From the NCBI GenBank assembly GCA_963754315.1, contig CAVWFS010000018.1:768001-832000 (forward strand): 64,000 bases of DNA, written 5' to 3'. Source of the DNA: an uncultured Candidatus Rokubacteria bacterium (GTDB lineage: Bacteria > Methylomirabilota > Methylomirabilia > Rokubacteriales > CSP1-6). Position numbers and translations under genes: made by a program. Below are positions 9,395 to 19,619 of this stretch, piece after piece. Under the pieces are notes generated by a model. That model saw only the letters and a program-made list of their open reading frames with translations, was not told the DNA's origin and ran no database searches. Each line of letters begins with the position of its first letter. Positions within the stretch are counted from its first letter, which is position 1.

Positions 9395-10840
9395 ATGAGT
9401 GACCTTGTCAGACAGCGTCCGGAGAGTTTCTTCTCCGATCGATTCAACGTCACCAACCCGCTCATGGAGCGCCTTCTCGGATCGGCCCTCCGCGGGCGCG
9501 TCGACGACGCCGATATTTACCTCGAGTATCGTATTAACGAAGAGCTTGTACTCGAGGAAGGTACCGTCAAAAAAGCCTCTCGTCATGTGAGTCAGGGAGC
9601 GGGCGTGAGGGCCCAGGCTGGAACGCGGACCGGTTATGCCCATACCGACGATATCTCTGTGGATCGCCTGGAGGAGGCCGCCCGGCAATCACGCGCGGTG
9701 GCCGATCAGGCATCGACCTCGGCGATCGTCGCGATCCCCGGTGGGCAGCCCCACAACCTCTACCACCTTGATGAACCACCGGTAGTCACAGATCTCGCTC
9801 GCAAGGTCTCGCTTCTCCGGTCCGTCGACACTGCCGCCCGGGCCGCGGATCAGCGGGTCAGGCAGGTCATCGTCAGCCTCGCCAGCGAGGAAGTCGTGAT
9901 GCTCATTGCCACTGCGTCTGGGTGGACAGTTGGCGACGTCCGGCCCCTCACCAGACTCAATGTCTCGGTGATCGCCGAAGACAACGGCAAGCGCGAGATC
10001 GGAGCCTTCGGCGGCGGAGGTCGGGTGGCGTTCGACTTCTTTCTGGAGGAGGATCGCTGGCAACGGTTCGCGCGAGAGGCGGCCAGACAGGCCACGCTCA
10101 AGCTCGCAGCGGTGGACGCGCCGGCAGGCGCCATGACGGTGGTGCTTGGACCGGGCTGGCCCGGAATCCTCCTCCACGAGGCGATCGGCCACGGTTTGGA
10201 GGGCGATTTCAACCGCAAGGGAACCTCCGCTTTCGCGGGACGTCTGGGCCAGAAGGTTGCCTCGGAGCTGGTGACGGTCATCGACGACGGGACCATGCCC
10301 AATCGCCGTGGCTCGCTCAACGTGGATGACGAGGGAACGCCAACCGGCCGCACTGTCCTCATCGAGAAGGGCGTGCTCACTGGCTATCTGCAAGATCGAC
10401 TGAATGCTCGGCTGATGGGCATGGCACCCACTGGTAACGGACGGCGCGAGTCGTTTGCCCATCCACCGCTTCCCCGCATGACCAACACCTTCATGCTCGC
10501 CGGCGAGGAGGATGCCGGCGAGATCATTCGGTCGGTCAGACATGGCCTCTATGCGGTGGCCTTCGGCGGAGGTCAGGTCGACATCACGAGCGGGAAATTC
10601 GTTTTCTCAGCCAGCGAGGCCTATCTGATCGAGGACGGGCGGATCACAGCACCCGTGAAGGGGGCTACCCTCATCGGCCACGGGCCTGACGCGCTCACGC
10701 GTGTGACGCGGGTGGGGAACGATCTCGCGCTCGATGAGGGGGTGGGGACCTGCGGCAAGGACGGCCAGTCCGTGCCGGTCGGCGTCGGCCTGCCCACGAT
10801 CCGGATCGATGGGATGACCGTAGGCGGCACCTCCGTCTGA
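9395..10840 (+). CDS. tldD: Metalloprotease TldD (canonical)
   Basis: GWPGILLHEAIGHGLEGDFNRKG, PRMTNT, GTCGKDGQSVPVGVG. Confidence 0.96.
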   Translation: MSDLVRQRPESFFSDRFNVTNPLMERLLGSALRGRVDDADIYLEYRINEELVLEEGTVKKASRHVSQGAGVRAQAGTRTGYAHTDDISVDRLEEAARQSRAVADQASTSAIVAIPGGQPHNLYHLDEPPVVTDLARKVSLLRSVDTAARAADQRVRQVIVSLASEEVVMLIATASGWTVGDVRPLTRLNVSVIAEDNGKREIGAFGGGGRVAFDFFLEEDRWQRFAREAARQATLKLAAVDAPAGAMTVVLGPGWPGILLHEAIGHGLEGDFNRKGTSAFAGRLGQKVASELVTVIDDGTMPNRRGSLNVDDEGTPTGRTVLIEKGVLTGYLQDRLNARLMGMAPTGNGRRESFAHPPLPRMTNTFMLAGEEDAGEIIRSVRHGLYAVAFGGGQVDITSGKFVFSASEAYLIEDGRITAPVKGATLIGHGPDALTRVTRVGNDLALDEGVGTCGKDGQSVPVGVGLPTIRIDGMTVGGTSV

Positions 10841-12180
10841 TGGCACGCGAAGACTTGCTGCTCGGGGTTCTGGACCGCGCCCGCGCGCGGGGCGCCACGG
10901 CCGCCGACGGTTATCTCGTGGAGGAGCGTCACTTCGGCGCGTCGGTCCGCCTGGGCGAGGTCGAAACGGTGACCCACGCGCGGGACCAGCGTCTGTCTTT
11001 GCGCGTGTTCGTGGGTCGGGCTTCGGCAGCGGCATCCACGTCCGATCTGTCGCGCGAATCGCTGGAGCGCGTGGTTGACGAGGCGACGGCCTTGGCCCAC
11101 GTGACCGCCGAGGATCCCTATGCAGGCCTGCCGGATCCCGACCAACTGATCGGCGCCCTGCCCGTTCTCGACCTCGAAGACGATGCGGCGGACGACGCGA
11201 GCCCCGAGGCCAAGATCGGGGTTGCGCGCGATGCGGAAGCGGCGGCCCTGGCCAGCGATCCCCGCATTAGTAATTCCGAGGGCGCGGAGTATGGCGACCG
11301 GCGCGCCCGCTATGCGTATGCGACATCGCACGGGTTCGTCCGCGCCTACTCCACCTCGAGCTTCAGCATCAGCGTAGCGCCGGTGGCCTGCCAGAACGGC
11401 GAGATGCAGCGAGACTACTGGTACTCTACCACCCGCAAGCGGGCACGCCTGGACGATCCGGCTTCGGTGGGGCGGACGGCGGCGGCCCGTGCTCTGCGAC
11501 GCCTGGGTGCGCGCAAGGTGAAGACGGCGGAGGTCCCGGTCATCTTCGACCCCGAGAACGCGGCGGGCTTGGTACGGATTCTGGCCGGTGCGGCCAGCGG
11601 TCCGAGCCTCTATCGGCGCGCGTCCTTCCTGCTCGACCGACTGGGAACCAAGATTGCGGTTCCCGGCGTGAACATCGTCGACGATGGCTTGATTCCCGGA
11701 GCCCTGGGCTCGCGCCCGTTCGATGGCGAAGGGCTGGCCAGCCAGCGCACGGTGCTGGTGCGCGACGGCGTACTGGAGTCGTATCTGCTCGACAGCTACA
11801 GCGCGCGCAAGCTGGGCATGGCGTCGACGCACCACGCCGCGCGTGATGGCAGCGGAGTAACCGTCGGGACCACCAACCTCATGCTGCTGCCCGGCACTGC
11901 CGCTCCGGCTGACCTGATCGCCTCTGTCAAGCACGGCTTCTACGTGACCGAGCTCATCGGCTTCGGCGTCAACAGCGTCACCGGTGACTACTCACGCGGC
12001 GCCGTTGGTCTGTGGATCGACAACGGCGAACTGGCCTACCCGGTCGAGGAGGTCACGGTCGCCGGTAATTTGCTGGACATGTTCACGCGAATCGAGGGCA
12101 TCGGCAACGACTTGACCCTGCGCGACCGGACAGCGTCCCCCACTTTGCTCGTCGGTCGCATGGTGGTCGCCGGGAACTAG
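10840..12180 (+). CDS. pmbA: TldE/PmbA partner subunit
   Basis: MQRDYWY, SRPFDGEG, YLLDSYSARKLG, GVNSVTGDYSRGA. TGATG-coupled to tldD. Confidence 0.93.
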   Translation: MAREDLLLGVLDRARARGATAADGYLVEERHFGASVRLGEVETVTHARDQRLSLRVFVGRASAAASTSDLSRESLERVVDEATALAHVTAEDPYAGLPDPDQLIGALPVLDLEDDAADDASPEAKIGVARDAEAAALASDPRISNSEGAEYGDRRARYAYATSHGFVRAYSTSSFSISVAPVACQNGEMQRDYWYSTTRKRARLDDPASVGRTAAARALRRLGARKVKTAEVPVIFDPENAAGLVRILAGAASGPSLYRRASFLLDRLGTKIAVPGVNIVDDGLIPGALGSRPFDGEGLASQRTVLVRDGVLESYLLDSYSARKLGMASTHHAARDGSGVTVGTTNLMLLPGTAAPADLIASVKHGFYVTELIGFGVNSVTGDYSRGAVGLWIDNGELAYPVEEVTVAGNLLDMFTRIEGIGNDLTLRDRTASPTLLVGRMVVAGN

Positions 12181-12196
12181 CACGGAGAACGCCCGC

Positions 12197-12982
12197 ATGA
12201 TCATCGATAGCCACTGCCACCTGCACGATGCCGTGTACGCGGATGCCCGCCAGACGCTGCGGGTGGCGCTGACATACGACGTGTGGGGTGTTGTCGGCGT
12301 GGGATGCGATCCTGCCAGCAACGAGAAGACCTTGGCGGCGGCCGCCGTGCTTCCGAAGGCCATCTGGGCGTGCCTCGGTTTCCACCCTGACTGGAAGCAC
12401 CTGACCGACGAGGATCTCGACCGGGTGGAAGGCCAAGTGGGCGAGCATCGCGCACGTATCGTGGGCCTGGGAGAAATCGGCTTGCCGTGGTACTCGCTCA
12501 AGACGGACCCTGATGCATTGGCGAGACGGAACCGGGGGCAGGCCCACCTCGACCGGCTGCTAGGCGTGGCCGCCCGGTGGGACCTACCCGTAGCCTTACA
12601 CGCTCCGCACGCTACGGCAGGTGAGGCGTTGGCGGCTCTCAAACGACACGGAATCGAGCAGGCGGTCTTTCATTGGCACAAGGCACCGGACGATGTCACC
12701 CGGGCTATTGTCGACGCAGGCTACTTCGTGTCGGTGACACCCGAGGTCGTGTACCGCGAACGTGACCGTCAGATGGTGGAAGCGGTCTCGCTCGACTCGC
12801 TCGTCGTGGAAAGTGACGGCCCGTGGGCCTATCGGGGCGAGTTCGAGGGCCTGTCCTCGGGACCGTGGTTAGCGAGCCGAGTGGCCGAGGAGATCGCGAA
12901 GCTCAAGCGCATGCCCGTCGACGACGTGATGTTCCGTCTCTCCGAGAATACCTGTCGACTCTTCGACCTGCCCTGGATCTGA
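12197..12982 (+). CDS. TatD-family metallohydrolase/DNase
   Basis: IDSHCHL, GFHP, GEIGL, ESDGP. Confidence 0.88.
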   Translation: MIIDSHCHLHDAVYADARQTLRVALTYDVWGVVGVGCDPASNEKTLAAAAVLPKAIWACLGFHPDWKHLTDEDLDRVEGQVGEHRARIVGLGEIGLPWYSLKTDPDALARRNRGQAHLDRLLGVAARWDLPVALHAPHATAGEALAALKRHGIEQAVFHWHKAPDDVTRAIVDAGYFVSVTPEVVYRERDRQMVEAVSLDSLVVESDGPWAYRGEFEGLSSGPWLASRVAEEIAKLKRMPVDDVMFRLSENTCRLFDLPWI

Positions 12983-13032
12983 AGCTGCGAACCTTCGGGT
13001 TCTGATCGGGAACGAAAGGGTCGAGGCATGGC

Positions 13033-14184
13033 ATGATCGATCGCGAACGACTCGTCTCAGAGTTTCTGGCGCTTGTCCAGATCTCGAGCGCCTCTCGGCG
13101 CGAGGGCGAGGTGGCTCGACGTCTGGTGGCGACCCTGGAAGGCATGGGCGCCAAGGTGGAGACTGACGACGCCGGAAGCAAGGTGGGGGGCGAGACCGGC
13201 AACATCCTGGCCCGTTTCACGGGGACGGCGAGCCACGCGCCCCCCCTGTTGCTTTCGGCCCACATGGATACCGTTCCTCCATGCGAGCACATACGGCCGG
13301 TGGTGCAAGGTGCCATCATCAGGACGGACGGCACCACGGTGCTCGGCGGAGATGACAAGGCGGGGATCGTGGCCGTCCTCGAAGCCGTGCGTACCGCCCG
13401 CGCGCGCCGCATCGCTCACGGATCGATCGAGGTACTCTTCACCATCTGCGAAGAGGTCGGGCTGGCGGGCGCCAAGCACTTTGACCTGGGCCGGTTAACG
13501 GCTCGCACGGGTCTCGTGCTGGATGTGGACGGTGTGCACGATCTGGTTACCGATGCTCCCGCCGCCAATGCCCTCCTGGTCACGGTGGAGGGGCTGGAGG
13601 CTCACGCCGGGGTGTGTCCCGAGCGGGGCCTGAGCGCGATCGCCATCGCCGCCCAGGCCGTGGCCGGCATGCGGCTCGGTCGGATCGATGCCGAGACGAC
13701 GGCCAACCTCGGGGTCATCGAGGGCGGGGTGGCCACCAACATCGTCCCCAACCGGGTGCGGATTCGCGGCGAGACGCGCAGCTTGTCGGTCGAGAAGCTG
13801 GAAGCTCAGACCGCCCACATGCGCGGATGCTTCGAGGCAGCGGCGGCGGCCCACCGAGTGCTCCTAGACGGCCACGAGCATACAGGGCGGTGTGAGGTCC
13901 GCGTGCAGCGCAACTACGAGCGGCTCCATCTCGGTGATGACGCACGCATCGTGCGACTGGTCGGACTCGCTGCCCGGCGACTGGGCCGCCCCTTCCGTAC
14001 TCGGGCCACCGGCGGCGGCTCCGATGCCAACGTTTTCACGAGCCGGGGGCTGGAAGTCGCCAACCTGGCGTGCGGCATGCGTGACATCCATACCGTCAAC
14101 GAATGGGTGGACGTGGAGGATCTCTTCGCCACGGCCGAGCACCTGGTGGAGTTGCTGCGGGTGAATGCCGAGCAACCCGATTGA
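13033..14184 (+). CDS. M20/M25/M40 peptidase (peptidase T-like)
   Basis: SAHMDTV, GGDDKAG, EEVG, GGSDAN, IHTVNE. Confidence 0.9.
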   Translation: MIDRERLVSEFLALVQISSASRREGEVARRLVATLEGMGAKVETDDAGSKVGGETGNILARFTGTASHAPPLLLSAHMDTVPPCEHIRPVVQGAIIRTDGTTVLGGDDKAGIVAVLEAVRTARARRIAHGSIEVLFTICEEVGLAGAKHFDLGRLTARTGLVLDVDGVHDLVTDAPAANALLVTVEGLEAHAGVCPERGLSAIAIAAQAVAGMRLGRIDAETTANLGVIEGGVATNIVPNRVRIRGETRSLSVEKLEAQTAHMRGCFEAAAAAHRVLLDGHEHTGRCEVRVQRNYERLHLGDDARIVRLVGLAARRLGRPFRTRATGGGSDANVFTSRGLEVANLACGMRDIHTVNEWVDVEDLFATAEHLVELLRVNAEQPD

Positions 14185-14222
14185 TGGCATCGGGCGGCCG
14201 AGGGCATCTTGCGCTCCGCTTC

Positions 14223-15023
14223 TCAGCGAAGGAAGCCGCCGAGCACCAGGAGGGCAATCACCGCCGCCAGGGCAAGCCGGTAGATGACGAAGGGCCGCAG
14301 CGAGCGCGTCCGTAGGTAGTTCACGAGAAACCACACCGCGAACCAGCCGCTTGCGAAGGCGGTCAGGACCGCCACCAGGAGGGGCCCGACTTCGCCCGAC
14401 GGCATCCCATGACGGACGAGGTGCAGTGTCTTGAAACTCCCCGCGGCGGCGGTGATGGGAATACTGAGCAGAAACGCGTAGCGAGCGGCGGTGGCCCGAT
14501 CGAGCCCGGTCAGAAGTCCGGCGGTGATCGTGATTCCCGAGCGTGACGTGCCAGGGATGAGAGCCAGAGCCTGCGCGATGCCGATGATGAGGCTCTGAGT
14601 CCAGGTCACGTGCTCGAGGGGCTCACCGGTGATCGCAAGTGATGCGACTGCTCGCCGGTCCGCCAGCCACATCACGATTCCCCAGGCGGCGGTGGTGACG
14701 GCGATCACCAAGGCCGAGCGCACATGCGTCTCGATCCAAGAACCGAGGGCGACCCCGGCGATCCCGGCGGGAATGGTGGCCACGATGATCAGCACCGCTA
14801 GGCGCCGGGACAGCGCTCCCGTCACCAGTGCCCGGAGCTCCGTGCGGAAGTACGCGAGCAGGGCGGCCAAGGTTCCGAGGTGCGTGACCGCATCGAAGGC
14901 TAGCCCCTGGTCCGGCCAGCCGAAGAGCAGGGGGACGAGGATCAGGTGTCCCGAGGACGACACGGGCAGGAACTCGGTGAGGCCCTGAACGAGCCCGAGG
15001 ATGATGCTCTGGGTGTACCTCAC
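14223..15023 (-). CDS. uppP: Undecaprenyl-diphosphatase
   Basis: QGLTEFLPVSSSGHL and PGTSRSGITI motifs; multiple TM helices. Confidence 0.95.
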   Translation of the reverse strand: MRYTQSIILGLVQGLTEFLPVSSSGHLILVPLLFGWPDQGLAFDAVTHLGTLAALLAYFRTELRALVTGALSRRLAVLIIVATIPAGIAGVALGSWIETHVRSALVIAVTTAAWGIVMWLADRRAVASLAITGEPLEHVTWTQSLIIGIAQALALIPGTSRSGITITAGLLTGLDRATAARYAFLLSIPITAAAGSFKTLHLVRHGMPSGEVGPLLVAVLTAFASGWFAVWFLVNYLRTRSLRPFVIYRLALAAVIALLVLGGFLR

Positions 15024-15853
15024 CCGACAATGTCCTCGCCGCCGTCCACACCGATGACGTTGCCCGTCATCCAGTATGTGTCCGGATGGGCGAGGACGAC
15101 CAGGGCCCGTGCGACATCGGCGGTGGTGGTCATGCGGCCATGGGGATTGCGTCGTCGAGCTTCGGCCGCGATCGACTCATATCCTGGAATCTTGTGAGCG
15201 GCGGGGGTGGCCGTCACGCCGGCCCGGATGGCGTTGGCGGTAATGCCGAGGGGCGCCAGCTCGGCGGCGAGCTGGCGCACGTGGGACTCCAGAGAGGCCT
15301 TGGCAGCCGATACCGGGCCATAGTGAGGGAGAACGCGGGTGCCGCCTGCCGAAGTCATCGCGTAGACACGACCACCCGGCCCCATCAAGCCGTGTCCCAC
15401 GACGTCTTGGGTCCAGTACACGAGGCTGTGAGCCATCACGTCGAGCGTCATGTCCATTTGAGCCGGCGTCACCGCCTCTTTCATGGGATCGGCGATGTAG
15501 AGCTTGAGGGTCCCGAAGGCCAATGAGTGCAGTAGCACGCACAGGGTCCCGAGGGCGTTTCGCTCTTCCAGCACACGCCGCATGGCGGCGACCGTCTCTA
15601 CCCGTCTCTCGGGATCGGCCGCGTTGATGTTGAAGAAGACGGCCGTGCGGCCCAGGGCGTGGACCTCGCCGGCGATTCGCTCGGCGTTGGCCAGGGTCGC
15701 CTTGCGGTCGAGATGGACGCCGAAGATGTCAAGCCCGGCCCGGGCCAAAGCAAGACTGGCCGCCTCGCCGAAGCCAGACGACGCGCCGAGGACCAATGCC
15801 CAGCCGTGCAACCGAACAGGCTCGCTCTGCAGAGGGAGGGGCGGTTCGCTCAC
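15020..15853 (-). CDS. SDR oxidoreductase, enoyl-ACP reductase (FabL-like)
   Basis: GASSGFG, YGPVSAAKA, TGNVIGVDGG. GTG at 15853 lies 6 nt after TAGAAT. Confidence 0.82.
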   Translation of the reverse strand: MSEPPLPLQSEPVRLHGWALVLGASSGFGEAASLALARAGLDIFGVHLDRKATLANAERIAGEVHALGRTAVFFNINAADPERRVETVAAMRRVLEERNALGTLCVLLHSLAFGTLKLYIADPMKEAVTPAQMDMTLDVMAHSLVYWTQDVVGHGLMGPGGRVYAMTSAGGTRVLPHYGPVSAAKASLESHVRQLAAELAPLGITANAIRAGVTATPAAHKIPGYESIAAEARRRNPHGRMTTTADVARALVVLAHPDTYWMTGNVIGVDGGEDIVG

Positions 15854-15922
15854 CACGGCATTCTACCACCGCGGAGTCGACTGCTCGCCAGCCCGCTGCC
15901 TCAAACTGGTAGAATTCCACCG

Positions 15923-16648
15923 ATGCCGCGCGCGGGAATCATCCTCGTCGGTAACGAGATCCTGTCCGGGAAGATCATCGACGCGAATGCTGCCTACCTC
16001 TGCCGCGAGCTCCGAGGTCTTGGCGTGGACGTGCGGCGTATCACGGTCATCGCTGACGACGTGGAGGAGATTGCTCGGGAGGTGGCGGCCTTCAGCCGAG
16101 AGTTCGACCTGGTTTTCACCTCGGGCGGAGTGGGGCCGACCCACGACGACGTGACGATCGAAGGGGTGGCGCGGGCCATGTCCGTGCCCGTCGTACGACA
16201 TCCCTTCCTGGTCGCCACTCTCGAACGCTACTACGGGGGCGTATTGCGGGAAGCCCATCTCAAGATGGCGGAAGTTCCCGAGGGGGCAGAACTGCTACGT
16301 GACGGCGACGTGCGCTTCCCCACCGTCCTCATGCGAAACGTCTACATCTTGCCCGGAGTACCCGAGATCTTCCGGCAGAAATTCGACGTCCTCCGTGAAC
16401 GCTTTCGGGGCCAACCCTTCCACCTCCGCCAGGTCTTCGTGAGCATCGGCGAAGGGTCCCTGGCCGCCCACCTGAACGGGCTGCTGGCCGCCTTTCCCTC
16501 GCTCTTGCTCGGTTCCTATCCGGAGTTCTCCAATCCCGAATACCGCGTGAAGGTCACCCTGGAATCCCGGGACGAAGCGTACCTGCAGCAGGCACTGGAC
16601 GTCTTTCTCGCGCGGCTGCCCGCCGGTGCCGTGGTCAAGGTCACCTAA
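15923..16648 (+). CDS. CinA N-terminal-like molybdopterin-binding-domain protein
   Basis: GNEILSGKIIDAN, SGGVGPTHDDVT, LPGVP. ATG at 15923 lies 7 nt after TAGAAT. Confidence 0.88.
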   Translation: MPRAGIILVGNEILSGKIIDANAAYLCRELRGLGVDVRRITVIADDVEEIAREVAAFSREFDLVFTSGGVGPTHDDVTIEGVARAMSVPVVRHPFLVATLERYYGGVLREAHLKMAEVPEGAELLRDGDVRFPTVLMRNVYILPGVPEIFRQKFDVLRERFRGQPFHLRQVFVSIGEGSLAAHLNGLLAAFPSLLLGSYPEFSNPEYRVKVTLESRDEAYLQQALDVFLARLPAGAVVKVT

Positions 16649-16708
16649 CCCAAGCCCGAAGCCGGCTCCCGCCCGCGCGCTCAGGGTGGGGGTGGTACCA
16701 TCCTCGTC

Positions 16709-17644
16709 ATGCTCGCGATCGAAGCACGGGACGTCGTCAAGACCTTTCACATGGGTTGGAGGGGACAGCGCCGTACCGAAGCCCTGCGCGGCGTTTCTCT
16801 GAGCGTTTCCCGCGGTGTGATTTTTGGCCTCCTCGGCCCCAACGGCGCCGGCAAGACGACCCTGCTGTCCATCATGGCTACCCTCCTCGAACCCGACCAG
16901 GGCACGGTCAAGATCCTCGGTCACGACGCGAGTCGGGAGGCCGCCCTGGTGCGCCGGCGCCTGAACATGGCTAGCGGCAACGCCTCGTTCGTGTGGAGCA
17001 TGCATGTGTCCGAGATCGTGGCATTCTACGGGCGTCTCTACGGTCTCGCGGGCGCCCTCCTGCGGCGTCGCGTTGAAACAATTCTCGAGTTCTGTGAGTT
17101 AACGCCCTATCGGCACATGTCGTATCAGGAGCTGTCCACCGGCCTCAAGCAGCGGTTGGCGCTGGCCAAGGCGCTCGTGAACGAGCCTGAGCTCCTCTTC
17201 CTCGACGAGCCGACTCTGGGGCTGGATCCGGATGTCGCGGCCCGCATCCGCCATCGAGTGGCCGATCTGTGCCGGGAGCGCGGGATGACCATTGTCTTGA
17301 CCACCCACTACATGCGCGAAGCCGAGGAACTGTGCGACGAGATCGCCTTCATCAAGCGCGGTCAGATCTTGGCCCAGGGTACGGCGGACGACCTCAAGCG
17401 GCGCATTCGCATCGGTGACGTCATCGCCCTGCGTCTGGATCCGCCGCCCCCGGTCGCGCTGGCGAGGCTACCGGGAATGCTCCGGTACACGGAGAACGAT
17501 GGGTGGGTGGAGTGCACGGTGGACACCGCGGACAAACGGCTTCCCGAGATGCTTCGCCTGCTACACGAGGAAGGCGCCGTCGTCCGCGCCCTCCAGATGC
17601 GGGAGCCGGAACTGGAGGAGGTGTTCGTTGAGTTGGCGAAATGA
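16709..17644 (+). CDS. ABC-2 exporter ATP-binding subunit
   Basis: Walker A GPNGAGKTT, LSTGLKQR, FLDEPT, TTH. Confidence 0.93.
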   Translation: MLAIEARDVVKTFHMGWRGQRRTEALRGVSLSVSRGVIFGLLGPNGAGKTTLLSIMATLLEPDQGTVKILGHDASREAALVRRRLNMASGNASFVWSMHVSEIVAFYGRLYGLAGALLRRRVETILEFCELTPYRHMSYQELSTGLKQRLALAKALVNEPELLFLDEPTLGLDPDVAARIRHRVADLCRERGMTIVLTTHYMREAEELCDEIAFIKRGQILAQGTADDLKRRIRIGDVIALRLDPPPPVALARLPGMLRYTENDGWVECTVDTADKRLPEMLRLLHEEGAVVRALQMREPELEEVFVELAK

Positions 17645-18422
17645 GCTGGTGGCCGTGTGGGCGTTCGCCCTGCGGAACATGCTGATGGCCTCACGGAACG
17701 TCTTCTTCGCCTTCGAGCTGATTTTCTGGCCTGTGGTGGGCGTGCTTTCCATCGGGCTGCTGTCCCGCTTTCTCACCCTCGGTCCGGCCGACGCGGCCTT
17801 CATTCTGACGGGAACCATTGCGCTCTCCACCGTCCAGGTGTGCCAGCTCGACGTGGCCTACGCCGTCCTCTTCGACGTGTGGAGCAAGTCGATGAAACAC
17901 CAGTTCCTGGCGCCCATCGGCGTCCGCCACCTGACCACGGGCTCCTGGCTGGTCGGGGTGATCCGGGGCCTCATTGTGTTCACGGTTCTGGCTGTGCTGG
18001 CCCGGGTCGCGTTTGGGTTCGACGCCCTCCAAGGGGGGCCGGGGCCATTGGCGGTATTCCTGCTCGGCTGCTTTCTCATGGCGTGGATCATCGGGGTCGC
18101 CGTGTGCGCGCTGGTCATGCTCTTCGGAACCCGGGCGGAGGCGACGGCGTGGGCCAGCGCCAACCTCGTCCTTCTGCTCGCCGGAATCTACTATCCGATT
18201 TCGGTGTTGCCGGGGGCAGTCGGCGTCTTGTCGGCGGCCGTGCCCCTCACGTACTTCCTCGACGCCTACCGATCGCAGTTCGGGTTTCCCTCGATGTCGG
18301 CGGCGCCGGTGAGTATAGGGCTGACTCTGTCCGTCCTGTACCTCGTCCTTAGCCATTGGAGCTTCGTGCTGGCGGTGCGACGGACTCGACGCTCGGGGTT
18401 GCTGCTCAGGATGTCTGAGTAG
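17628..18422 (+). CDS. ABC-2 exporter permease
   Basis: About 6 TM segments, GIYYPISVLP, PLTYFLD. TTG start after GGAGG, overlapping the ATPase gene. Confidence 0.85.
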   Translation: MSWRNELVAVWAFALRNMLMASRNVFFAFELIFWPVVGVLSIGLLSRFLTLGPADAAFILTGTIALSTVQVCQLDVAYAVLFDVWSKSMKHQFLAPIGVRHLTTGSWLVGVIRGLIVFTVLAVLARVAFGFDALQGGPGPLAVFLLGCFLMAWIIGVAVCALVMLFGTRAEATAWASANLVLLLAGIYYPISVLPGAVGVLSAAVPLTYFLDAYRSQFGFPSMSAAPVSIGLTLSVLYLVLSHWSFVLAVRRTRRSGLLLRMSE

Positions 18423-18484
18423 GTGGCCCGCGGTGCAGAGCGTGGCGCCGATTACCTGGCCCCGGCGCCCGGCCCCGGAATGCC

Positions 18485-18910
18485 GTGCCGAGTTTCGCTG
18501 GTTCCCGGGCGATTTGGAGGCGTCGGCTGAGGGAGCGAAGCTTGCTGCTCGTGGAAGACGAAGGAGAGGTCGCGGCCTTTCTACGCGATTTGTTTGTGCT
18601 GGATGGGTGGGTCGTGGACGTGGTGGTGGATGGCCGACGGGCCCTGGAGGCCCTGCGGGAACGAGACTACCGGGTCATCGTCAGCGACATCGTCATGCCC
18701 GATGTGGATGGGGCGGGACTGTATCGCGAGGTGGCGCGCTGGCGCCCCGAACTGCTACCCCGCTTCATCTTCATCTCTGGCTTCGCCGATACGGACACTG
18801 CAGACTTCCTGCGCCAGACGCGGGCGCCCATGATCTCGAAGCCCTTCCGCTTCGACGAGATCCGTCAGGCCGTCGACGAAGTGCTCGGGGCCGAGCCTCC
18901 CGCTTCTTGA
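18485..18910 (+). CDS. Stand-alone response regulator receiver protein
   Basis: LLVEDE, SDIVMPDVDG, FISG, SKPF. No output domain. Confidence 0.85.
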   Translation: MPSFAGSRAIWRRRLRERSLLLVEDEGEVAAFLRDLFVLDGWVVDVVVDGRRALEALRERDYRVIVSDIVMPDVDGAGLYREVARWRPELLPRFIFISGFADTDTADFLRQTRAPMISKPFRFDEIRQAVDEVLGAEPPAS

Positions 18911-18917
18911 GGTCGCC

Positions 18918-19619
18918 GTGACGGAGGATCTCTATCGGGAACTGCTGGACGGATCCATCGAGGGGGTCTACATCCTGGATGACGAGGGCATCATCCTCAC
19001 CAGCAACCACGCCATGGCTGAGATGTTCGGCTACGACCGTCCCGATGAGCTGATCGGTCAGTCGAGTACGATCCTCGTGGCGCCTGCCGAGCGCGAGCGG
19101 CTGCAGCGCTACTACCAAGCGCGCCTGCGAGGGGAACACGCCCCCCGGCGGCACATCATGCAGGCTGTTCGACGCGACGGGTCGCTGCTCTGGATCGAGA
19201 GCCTCGTGTCCATCATCTCGTGGCAGGAGGGACGGGCGGTACTGGTAACCGTCCTCGATGTGACCCAGCGCAGCCGCGCCGAGGAGGCCGAGCGGCGCGC
19301 CGAGGCCCTCCGCACGGTGGCCCAGCTGGCCAGCGCCACCGCCCATGAAATCAACAACCCGCTCGCCGTAATCCTGGGTAACTGTGAGCTGTTGGCGCGC
19401 GAGGTCGATGCGGGGAGTCAGCGCCGTGTGCAGGCCATGCTGGCAGCCGTGGAGCGCATCCGCAAGATCGTGGTGCACATGTCCCACATCACGCGGCTCG
19501 AGCTCGCGTATCACTCACCGAATCTCCCGCTGATGCTCGACCTGCAAAAGTCCAGTGGCGAAGGGGGCAAGGGAGAGCCGCCAGGGGCCGAGTCCCTCGT
19601 CAGCGAATCTCCGCCATGA
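18918..19619 (+). CDS. PAS + HisKA (H-box) protein lacking the HATPase domain
   Basis: PAS (NHAMAEMFGY..ELIG, RRDGSLLWIE) followed by AHEINNPL. No N/G1/G2 boxes before the stop. Confidence 0.8.
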   Translation: MTEDLYRELLDGSIEGVYILDDEGIILTSNHAMAEMFGYDRPDELIGQSSTILVAPAERERLQRYYQARLRGEHAPRRHIMQAVRRDGSLLWIESLVSIISWQEGRAVLVTVLDVTQRSRAEEAERRAEALRTVAQLASATAHEINNPLAVILGNCELLAREVDAGSQRRVQAMLAAVERIRKIVVHMSHITRLELAYHSPNLPLMLDLQKSSGEGGKGEPPGAESLVSESPP

